Assembly (NCBI GenBank): GCA_945898515.1
Contig: CAMDIH010000002.1
Span: forward strand, 6,603-70,602
Direction of reading: 5' to 3'
Origin: Candidatus Neomicrothrix parvicella RN1
GTDB lineage: Bacteria; Actinomycetota; Acidimicrobiia; Acidimicrobiales; VFJN01
Length of the DNA: 64,000 bases
Below, piece by piece: positions 49,360-56,093 of the stretch (positions are counted from its first letter, which is position 1; every line of letters starts with the position of its first letter). A program made the position numbers and the translations under genes. A model generated the notes under the pieces. That model was not told the origin of the DNA, searched no databases, and saw only the letters and a program-made list of their open reading frames with translations.

Positions 49360-50091
49360 ATGAAGCCCGTCGATGCTGTGGTGGAGCGTCCCGTGGTGTT
49401 CTTCCACGTGATGAAGTGCGCGGGATCCTCGGTGCGGGAGGGCCTCACCATGGGCCTGGCCGGATATCGAGACGGCCCTGAGGTCTTCGAGCTCGACGGA
49501 AACGCGGCCAAGACCGCGGCGGGCGGCACCGTGAGCGGTGATCTGGCGTTTCGAGATGTGCTCCTTCCCTACGTGGTGGCGACCCAACATCCGGCAGTGG
49601 TCCTCGGCCACTTTCGCTACCGGGATTACCACGCGCCCCTCATGGAAGCCGCGCACCTAACCACCGTCCTGCGCGATCCGGTTGAGCGCCTTGTCTCGCT
49701 CCACGCCTATCGGCGTCACCAGCCCGGTGTGGTACTTCCGGTCTCACGTGATCTGAGGGAGCAGATCGCTTCCAAACAGTGGAACCACGAGGGCCATCGA
49801 TACGTCTCCACCTTCTGCGGGCGTGATGACCTTGACCCATACTCAGAGGAGGCGATCGCCACCGCCGTGGCGAACCTCCGACGGTTCGCTGTCGTCGGTT
49901 CGGTTGAACGACTCGACGACTTCGCGGCACGAGTCTCAGCGCTAGTGGGCGCGCCGATCGCGTTTCCCGTGCTCAACACCCGGCCCGCCCTTGCGGTCAC
50001 CGAGACCGACCCTGAGTTTATGGCCGTGATGCGTGATCTGTGTGCGGCCGACATCGCGGTCTACGAGCAGGTCACCGGCTTCGCCAGCTAG
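49360..50091 (+). CDS. sulfotransferase family protein
   Basis: 5'-PSB-like 'FFHVMKCAGSSV' and 3'-PB-like 'RDPVERLVSLHAY' PAPS-binding motifs. ATG at 49360; the longer ORF from 49264 would begin inside the tRNA-Pro fragment. Confidence 0.72.
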   Translation: MKPVDAVVERPVVFFHVMKCAGSSVREGLTMGLAGYRDGPEVFELDGNAAKTAAGGTVSGDLAFRDVLLPYVVATQHPAVVLGHFRYRDYHAPLMEAAHLTTVLRDPVERLVSLHAYRRHQPGVVLPVSRDLREQIASKQWNHEGHRYVSTFCGRDDLDPYSEEAIATAVANLRRFAVVGSVERLDDFAARVSALVGAPIAFPVLNTRPALAVTETDPEFMAVMRDLCAADIAVYEQVTGFAS

Positions 50092-50136
50092 GGCTGGAGC
50101 CATCTGGAAGCGCCGGACTACCCTCTCCGGAACCCT

Positions 50137-50208
50137 GCGGGTGTAGCTCAACGGCTAGAGCCCCAGCCTTCCAAGCTGGTGGTGCGGGTTCGATTCCCGT
50201 CACCCGCT
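50137..50208 (+). tRNA. tRNA-Gly (anticodon TCC), second identical copy, no encoded CCA
   Basis: Identical by eye to 45363-45434. Followed by 'ccg' instead of 'cca'. Confidence 0.9.
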
Positions 50209-50448
50209 CCGCGCAGACCCACCGCCGCTCGTTGGCTGGCCCCCTAACCCCACTGGGGCTGGCTGGGCAACCGCCAGAGCCACCCAGTCGGCTGGACGCA
50301 ATGCACCGGCGCGCTCAAGTAATCCCTGGCTCCCGCCGACAACTTGAGGGCGCACCCCGGCGCACCACATCCAGGAGCTGACATTGTTCAACGCCCGCCC
50401 CACCACCAAGACCGCTGGTCTGGCATCGACGCAGGACCCGATGCCCTC

Positions 50449-51012
50449 ATGATGGCCACCACCCAACTCACCGCCTCTGGGCATCCCATCGAGATGCGCC
50501 ACGTCATCGGCTGGTACGCCGGTCGAGGAGTCCGGATCGTGGTGGCAGCCGCCGCCGCCCTCGCCGTCATCGCCACGATTTCGCTCCTGGTGCTGGCGGT
50601 CAGCAGCTACCGCCCGATGATTGTGCGGGGCGAAGGCATGGAGCCAATCTTCTCTACCGGTGACGTCGTCGTCAGTCAGGTCGTGGCGGCCTCGTCCATC
50701 AAAGCCGGTGACGTCGTGACCTACGTCGATGGAATGCGCGGAGGCGCGCTGGTCACCGAGCGAGTGCTGGAGGTGACGGCGAGCGACTCCGAGTACTCCT
50801 TCACCACGATGGGTGCCGGCAGGACCTCCGTTGAGCATCTCGCCGTTGCCATCGACGGCGAAATCGGCCGGATCGCCTACCAGCCCCCCGGGCTTGGTCG
50901 GATCCTCGACCTGACCACCTCCGCCACCGCCCGACTCGCTGCCATGGCGCTCGTCGCACTCCTGTTGATCCGTCCGGTGGTACAACGAGCCCGCCTCGAA
51001 CTGAGCCTCTAG
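50449..51012 (+). CDS. SipW/ER-type signal peptidase I homolog lacking catalytic residues
   Basis: N- and C-terminal TM anchors. 'VRGEGMEPIFSTGDVVV' aligns to 'SGSMEP..TGD', 'GDVVTYV...LVTERV' aligns to 'GDVITF...VTHRI', and 'TTMGAGRT' aligns to 'TKGDNN'. The ORF begins at 50344. Confidence 0.62.
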   Translation: MMATTQLTASGHPIEMRHVIGWYAGRGVRIVVAAAAALAVIATISLLVLAVSSYRPMIVRGEGMEPIFSTGDVVVSQVVAASSIKAGDVVTYVDGMRGGALVTERVLEVTASDSEYSFTTMGAGRTSVEHLAVAIDGEIGRIAYQPPGLGRILDLTTSATARLAAMALVALLLIRPVVQRARLELSL

Positions 51013-51051
51013 ACGGCGGCGGCGCCACCTGGCCCTCATCGGGGCTCGGGG

Positions 51052-51125
51052 CGCCTCCGGCAGGATTCGAACCTGCGGCCATCGGAATAGAAATCCGCTG
51101 CTCTGTCCAGCTGAGCTACGGAGGC
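51052..51125 (-). tRNA. tRNA-Arg (anticodon TCT)
   Basis: Reverse complement: acceptor GCCTCCG/CGGAGGC, D-arm GCTCAGCTGGACAGAGC, anticodon loop TTTCTAT, T-arm GCAGG-TTCGAAT-CCTGC. Confidence 0.88.
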
Positions 51126-51209
51126 AGAGCCGAGCGTAGGCCGCGAGGTGAGCCGGTCAATCACGGTTGAGGCGGGCCCTTCCCCCTAGCCTATGCTGGC
51201 ACCTCCCGT

Positions 51210-51287
51210 GGTGGCCGTAGCTCAGTTGGTTAGAGCGCCAGGTTGTGATCCTGGATGTCGGGGGTTCGAATCCCCTCGGTCACCCCA
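51210..51287 (+). tRNA. tRNA-His (anticodon GTG) with G-1, CCA encoded
   Basis: Extra 5' G opposite C73. Anticodon arm CCAGG-TTGTGAT-CCTGG, T-arm GGGGG-TTCGAAT-CCCCT. Confidence 0.9.
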
Positions 51288-51358
51288 TGCCACTGGTAAA
51301 CCAACCAACAGTGGGCTTCGTAGCCTGGGCCAACAGCGCCTAGGCTGCCAGCCCACTT

Positions 51359-51432
51359 GCCCCTCTAGCTCAACTGGTCAGAGCGTCGGACTCTTAATCC
51401 GTAGGTTCTGGGTTCGAGTCCCAGGGGGGGTA
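51359..51432 (+). tRNA. tRNA-Lys (anticodon CTT)
   Basis: D-arm GCTCAACTGGTCAGAGC, anticodon loop CTCTTAA, T-arm CTGGG-TTCGAGT-CCCAG. The acceptor stem has G-U pairs. Confidence 0.85.
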
Positions 51433-51437
51433 CGCCG

Positions 51438-51478
51438 CACCTACCAGGGCTTTCCAGAGCGAAGGCCCTGGTAGGGCC
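51438..51478. repeat. 41-nt hairpin-containing repeat, copy 1 (just 3' of tRNA-Lys)
   Basis: 'cacctaccagggctttccagagcgaaggccctggtagggcc'. It has an internal 11-bp stem, cctaccagggc/gccctggtagg. Confidence 0.7.
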
Positions 51479-51645
51479 AGGGTGCGGCCGGTTCGGCGGG
51501 TAGTAGATGCCCCCACGATCGAGCGGCGATCAGCTACAGGGGCGCGAACAGGGGCGCAACTACTACGGGGCCCGGATCCTGCGGCTCACGAGCGTCGCAC
51601 GTCGCGACTGGGCCACTCGGCGACCACCCGATACCATCAGCGTCG

Positions 51646-52026
51646 ATGTCTCTGCGCCTGTCCCGTTGGACCGCTGTGTTGGTCCTTCCGCTGTTGGCGG
51701 GCGCCCTCCTCCTGATGCACGGCCTCGACGCCGGGGCGAGCGAGGCGGCTCCGCACGCCTCTGTCTCCGGGTCAGCGCCTCACGAGCACCACTCCGCCCC
51801 GGTGCACGACGAGGACCACGGCTGCGACGACTGCGCCGGTCACCTAATGGCAGCCTGTCTCGCCGTAGTTGCGAGCATCGCGACCTTCTCGCTAGCTCGA
51901 CGGATGATCCGGGGCCGATGGACTACGAGCACACCGTCCATTTTGTCGCATCTGATCCGGAGGGCACGAGAGCTACTGCCACCGCCAGACCCCGTGTGGG
52001 TTCGGCTCGCGGTCATTCAACGTTGA
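51646..52026 (+). CDS. small membrane protein with His/Cys-rich segment (possible metal-binding)
   Basis: Signal/TM 'WTAVLVLPLLAGALLLMHGL', then 'HEHHSAPVHDEDHGCDDCAGH', then a second TM segment. Lies upstream of the cupredoxin gene. Confidence 0.45.
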   Translation: MSLRLSRWTAVLVLPLLAGALLLMHGLDAGASEAAPHASVSGSAPHEHHSAPVHDEDHGCDDCAGHLMAACLAVVASIATFSLARRMIRGRWTTSTPSILSHLIRRARELLPPPDPVWVRLAVIQR

Positions 52027-52106
52027 AGCAGCACTCCTTCATCTGAACCCGCGACGTCTATCGCGTCGCGTCCACCCATTCCGGTTCTCTCGAAAGGAGC
52101 GCTCTC

Positions 52107-52559
52107 ATGCGCCGCACCCTCACCTTCGCTCTACCCCTGTTTGCCCTCGCCCTCGCTCTCGGCGCCTGCGGCGATACCAACGACACCGACGACTCCGCCA
52201 CCGGAGGCACCACCCCTCGGACAATCGAGATCGAGATGCGCGACAACACCTACTCCCCTGACGCCGTGAGCGTAGAAGCTGGTGAGGAAGTGCGGTTCGT
52301 GTTCACCAACTCCGGCAAGGCCACCCACGATGCCTTCATCGGCGACGAGGCAGCCCAGGGCGACCACGAGATGGAGATGAACGGCGACATGGGCGGCGAG
52401 GACCACACGATGGGAGAAGCCGACGCGCTCACGGTCGCACCCGGCGACAGCGGTGAGCTCGTTCACACCTTCGAGTCCGGGGACGACGGACTGCTCATCG
52501 GCTGCCACGAGCCCGGCCACTACGAGGGCGGCATGCGCCTCAGCATCGAGGTCTCCTGA
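52107..52559 (+). CDS. cupredoxin-domain (type 1 copper) lipoprotein
   Basis: Lipobox 'LALGAC'. Copper ligands are 'H' in 'ATHDAFIG' and 'CHEPGHYEGGM' (C-x3-H-x4-M). Confidence 0.8.
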   Translation: MRRTLTFALPLFALALALGACGDTNDTDDSATGGTTPRTIEIEMRDNTYSPDAVSVEAGEEVRFVFTNSGKATHDAFIGDEAAQGDHEMEMNGDMGGEDHTMGEADALTVAPGDSGELVHTFESGDDGLLIGCHEPGHYEGGMRLSIEVS

Positions 52560-52566
52560 GGACGCC

Positions 52567-52720
52567 ATGAATGTCGTGGCCGTCCTCGCCTCGATCCCTA
52601 GCCCCAGCAGCAACGCCATCCACTTTGGACCGTTCCAGCTCCGCGCCTACGGCCTCGCCATTGCCGTTGGCGTCATCGTGGCCGTGCTCTTCGCACAGCG
52701 ACGATGGGCCGCTCGCCCCA
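52567..52720 (+). pseudogene. lgt: N-terminal fragment (~50 aa) of prolipoprotein diacylglyceryl transferase
   Basis: 'MNVVAVLASIPSPSSNAIHFGPFQLRAYGLAIAVGVIVAVLFAQRRWAAR' matches the conserved Lgt N-terminus (IPSP...GP..R.Y). Lgt-like hydrophobic sequence stops after this point in all frames. Confidence 0.6.
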
Positions 52721-53076
52721 GGCCATCGAGATCGCTATGCAGCGCCCGAGGTTCCTCGACACGATCGAGGGTGCGATCCCGATCATCTCCACCGACACCG
52801 ACCCGGACGACGACGAGCACATCATCGATGTAGAGGCCATCGAGGGTTAGGCCCGTACAAGCATCTAGCCGGGCCGTACGTCGGCTCCAAGTGTGGCGAG
52901 GTATCTCCGGACCCTTCACACCGTTGGCACGGCTAGAGGTTGAGCCGAGCTCGCCCTCGACCGCGGCGGGGTTCTGGGACCGTGGCCGAGCCCACGAGTC
53001 CACGCCCACCGCGTTCCGCATGGGAATGACCTCAACCCGCAGATCAGGGGCTTACAACCGAACGCAGCGCCAGCAC

Positions 53077-53409
53077 CTACCTCGCAGAGAGCGCGGCACG
53101 AAGTTCCTCGACGCGCCTGGGTACGGCGCTCCACCAGACCCATCGACCCTGCTTCTCGCCCACAATCAGTCCAGCTTCGGCAAGGGCCTTCGTGTGGTGG
53201 CTGATCGTTGGTTGCGACTTCGATAGCGGCTCCAGGAGGTCGCACGAGCAGACCGGTCCGCTCGAGGCGATCAGGCTAAACAAGCGGAGGCGAACGGGGT
53301 CGCCCAACGCTGCGAACGCTCGGGCGAGAGGTTCGGCGTCGGCAGTATCGATGGGCTGAACGAGGACCGAACAGCAGCCCTCCGTTGTCGTGCCGGTCTT
53401 GGTCTCCAT
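53077..53409 (-). CDS. arsR: ArsR/SmtB family metalloregulator
   Basis: 'LGDPVRLRLFSLIASSGPVCSCDLLEPLSKSQPTISHHTKALAEAGLI' (winged HTH with a CxC site), plus an N-terminal 'CC' pair. Confidence 0.85.
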   Translation of the reverse strand: METKTGTTTEGCCSVLVQPIDTADAEPLARAFAALGDPVRLRLFSLIASSGPVCSCDLLEPLSKSQPTISHHTKALAEAGLIVGEKQGRWVWWSAVPRRVEELRAALSAR

Positions 53410-53426
53410 ACGTCCTCACTGTCGTA

Positions 53427-53473
53427 TTGACATCTGTCGATCTATTGCTACGGTGTCAATCGACAAGAGTCAA
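53427..53473. promoter_or_regulatory. imperfect inverted repeat in the arsR/arsI divergent region (candidate ArsR operator)
   Basis: 'ttgacatctgtcgat' (53427-53441) against 'atcgacaagagtcaa' (53459-53473); 12 of 15 complementary by hand. The region is visibly AT-richer than its surroundings. Confidence 0.35.
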
Positions 53474-53489
53474 TCTAAAAAAGGTCACC

Positions 53490-53939
53490 ATGTCTCGCCT
53501 ACAACTCGCTCTCAACGTCCCGAGCCTGGACGATGCCATCAGCTTCTACTCGAAGCTCTTCGCAACGGAGCCCCACAAGATCAAACCGGGCTACGCCAAC
53601 TTCGTCATTGCGGATCCGCCTCTGAAGCTCGTGCTCTTCGAACAGGCGGGCGCGGAGGCCCGGCTGAACCACCTCGGGATCGAAGTCCCGTCCAGCGAAG
53701 ACGTCAGCGCCCACCAGGCTCGGCTTGCCGACGACGGTCTTGCCCCGGTCGAGGAGAACGGCACCTGTTGCTTTGCTCAGCAGGACAAGGTGTGGGTAGA
53801 CGGACCCGACGGCCCATGGGAGATCTACACCGTGCTGGCCGATGCCGAGGACTTCGGCGCGTCGTCCACTCACACCGACGACTCCACCGATGCGTTGTGC
53901 TGCGGGTCAATGCCCGAAGCTCAAGTTCGCTGCTGCTGA
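53490..53939 (+). CDS. ArsI/CadI family VOC (glyoxalase-fold) metalloenzyme
   Basis: VOC fold 'LQLALNVPSLDDAISFY...LNHLGIEV', with vicinal cysteines 'GTCCFAQQDKVWV' as in ArsI C-As lyase, and a Cys-rich tail 'CCGSMPEAQVRCC'. Confidence 0.72.
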   Translation: MSRLQLALNVPSLDDAISFYSKLFATEPHKIKPGYANFVIADPPLKLVLFEQAGAEARLNHLGIEVPSSEDVSAHQARLADDGLAPVEENGTCCFAQQDKVWVDGPDGPWEIYTVLADAEDFGASSTHTDDSTDALCCGSMPEAQVRCC

Positions 53940-53943
53940 CTCA

Positions 53944-54645
53944 GTGGACCATCCCCTCTCCCGGCGCATCGCCGCCGAGGCCATCGGTACCGGGTTTCTC
54001 GTCGCCGCCGTAGTCGGCTCAGGGATCGCCGCCGAACGACTCTCGCCGGGAGAGGTCGGTCTCCAGTTGCTGGAGAACTCGACCGCGACGGTATTTGCGC
54101 TCACCGCTCTCATCCTCACGTTCGGATCGGTATCCGGAGCTCATTTCAATCCGGCGGTCACCCTCTCCGAACTCGCCGGAGGGCGGCTTCAACGACGTGC
54201 TGTACTCCCCTACATGGGCGCACAGGTCGCTGGAGCCTGCCTCGGCGCCATCCTGGCCAATCTGATGTTCGACCTGCAGGCCGTGACGGTCTCGACCAAC
54301 GATCGACTCACCCCGGCGACTTTCCTCTCGGAGATTGTCGCAACCTTCGGGCTCCTTACCGTGATCCTCGGCGTGGTGCGGTCCGGACGGTTTGCCGCTG
54401 TCCCGATCGCAGTGGCGGGCTACATCGGAGCCGCGTACTGGTTCACATCGTCTACGAGCTTCGCCAACCCCGCAGTCACGATCGCTCGAACCCTTTCCAA
54501 CACCTTCGCCGGGATCAGTCCTGGCTCTGCGCCCGCCTTCATCGCCGCTCAACTCATCGGTGCCGCGCTCGCCGTTCTGCTCGCTCGATTCCTATTCCCA
54601 GAACCAGAGCCCTCACTGCAGGAGGTCCTCAATGCCCGACGTTGA
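53944..54645 (+). CDS. MIP/aquaporin family channel (AqpS-like, probable arsenite channel)
   Basis: Two NPA boxes, 'HFNPAVTL' and 'FANPAVTIA'. GTG at 53944, directly after the arsI stop. Confidence 0.85.
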   Translation: MDHPLSRRIAAEAIGTGFLVAAVVGSGIAAERLSPGEVGLQLLENSTATVFALTALILTFGSVSGAHFNPAVTLSELAGGRLQRRAVLPYMGAQVAGACLGAILANLMFDLQAVTVSTNDRLTPATFLSEIVATFGLLTVILGVVRSGRFAAVPIAVAGYIGAAYWFTSSTSFANPAVTIARTLSNTFAGISPGSAPAFIAAQLIGAALAVLLARFLFPEPEPSLQEVLNARR

Positions 54646-54805
54646 CCCACCCGGCAACGACCAGCAACTCGCCATCAAGACCACGGCGAAAAACCGCCGC
54701 CACGACTTCGACAGCATCTTCGGAACAGGAACGCTCGAACTACTCTTGCCGGCGGGTTTGGAGCAGTTCGCGCACCGAACCAAGTTCACCAGATTCTTCC
54801 ATTGA
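54632..54805 (+). CDS. 57-aa ORF translationally coupled between the aquaporin and arsC, unknown function
   Basis: The ATG at 54632 is preceded by GGAGG (54621-54625) and lies inside the aquaporin 3' end. Its TGA overlaps the arsC ATG (TGATG at 54803-54807). Third codon positions are mostly G/C. Confidence 0.4.
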   Translation: MPDVDPPGNDQQLAIKTTAKNRRHDFDSIFGTGTLELLLPAGLEQFAHRTKFTRFFH

Positions 54806-55278
54806 TGGCGGAACGGTCCGCCCGGCAACGTCTCGACGCACCGGCGAAGGTCGAGGGCGAAAGCCATTCCGGCCTTCCGACCGTCCTGTTCCTATGCGTC
54901 CACAACGCCGGGCGATCGCAGATGGCACTCGGTTGGTTCAAACGTCTCGCCGGTGATCGAGCGGTCGCGTGGTCCGGCGGTTCCGAGCCCGGCAACGAAG
55001 TGAACCCCACGGCGATCACAGCAATGGCCGACGTCGGTATCGACATCACCGCCGAATTCCCCAAGCCATGGACTGACGAGATCGTTCAGGCGGCCGACGT
55101 GGTCGTCACCATGGGATGCGGAGACGCCTGCCCGTTTTTCCCAGGCAAGCGCTACGAGGACTGGGTGCTCGCTGATCCGGCCGGGCAGGGCATCGAAGCC
55201 GTCCGGCCCATCCGTGACGAGATCGAGCAACGGGTGCGCGATCTCCTTGCGTCGCTTGGAGTGGCGTCCCGGGACTAA
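54805..55278 (+). CDS. arsC: arsenate reductase, LMW-PTP type
   Basis: P-loop 'CVHNAGRS' (CX5R), and the downstream 'GCGDACP' cysteines typical of thioredoxin-coupled ArsC. Confidence 0.85.
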   Translation: MAERSARQRLDAPAKVEGESHSGLPTVLFLCVHNAGRSQMALGWFKRLAGDRAVAWSGGSEPGNEVNPTAITAMADVGIDITAEFPKPWTDEIVQAADVVVTMGCGDACPFFPGKRYEDWVLADPAGQGIEAVRPIRDEIEQRVRDLLASLGVASRD

Positions 55279-55286
55279 CGCCGGAG

Positions 55287-55820
55287 TCAGCGAGCAGGAA
55301 CGGGGAGGACTCTGCGAGCTCGTCCACCGCCTCCAGGACACCAACCGGCGGGCCCAAGCCCCGCTAGTGCCGAGTCGACATCACGAAGCTTGATCTCGCA
55401 GACCCCCATCGTCCGAGGGTCGCCAGGATCCAGGAACACCGACGATCCCGCGCCGCTGACCGACATCGACTCCTTCCTGTCGCGGCCGGCCAGTCCGTAG
55501 GGGTGCAGGGCGACATTGGGATCGTCTGCACACTCTGCCTGAAAGTCATCGATCGCCCCTGGCGCGGGTTCGAAGGCGTGAATGTGCAGGGTCGCAGGAC
55601 CCCGCTCGACCGCTCGCTTGAGAATCCGCCGGGCCCACTCCCCGCGGAACGCCCCGATGTCCAGGACCACGGCGGCCTCCGGGAGGTCGACGTCGATCAA
55701 GAGATCGGGGTCCGCGCCCGCGGCACGAAGGAACCCACGCATCGACCGCCGGTAGTCAACCGACTCCATCATGCTGAGTACCGCGGGGCTCAAACGCCCG
55801 CCCGTCGATGCCTCCGCCAT
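55287..55820 (-). pseudogene. FkbM-type SAM-dependent methyltransferase, apparently 3'-truncated
   Basis: 'VVLDIGAFRGEW' SAM motif and 'IHAFEPAPGA'. Homology-like sequence ends at '...EIKLRDVDSALAGLG', before the expected 'KIDxEG' block, and runs into a Gly/Arg/Pro-rich tail ending 9 nt from the arsC stop. Confidence 0.5.
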
Positions 55821-56093
55821 GCGGTTATCGGCTGCCGAAGTTTCCGCGGCACCTCATAGAGGTCTATCTGCTTTAAATCTTTACCCAACGGCGGCCCTCG
55901 GTGCAACCGTCGGCGGCGCGTGACCGGTTGAGGGCGAGCCATCGGTCTTGGTCACCTCGGAACCCTGGGGAAAGAGGCAGCGCAGCAACGCCGTCGGACT
56001 TGGTCGCCCGAGATCAATCCAGCCCTCCACTCCCCGAACCCAAGACGCTTCCCAGTGCCCAACCCAAGTTCGCTTGCGGACGGACCTAACCCA

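Larger units (their letters stand above)
51479..56093. mobile_element. putative metal-resistance islet (Cu and As modules, two gene fragments) between the 41-nt repeats
   Basis: Bounded by repeats at 51438-51478 and 56094-56134 and adjacent to a tRNA cluster. Contains a truncated lgt and a truncated methyltransferase. No integrase is visible. Confidence 0.35.

Noticed and set aside
51507-52046. 179-aa ORF overlapping the His/Cys-rich membrane protein frame
   Set aside because: The translation is Arg/Pro-rich with no hydrophobic segments. The 126-aa frame (51646-52026) has a signal/TM segment plus a metal-ligand-rich stretch and was preferred, though with low confidence.
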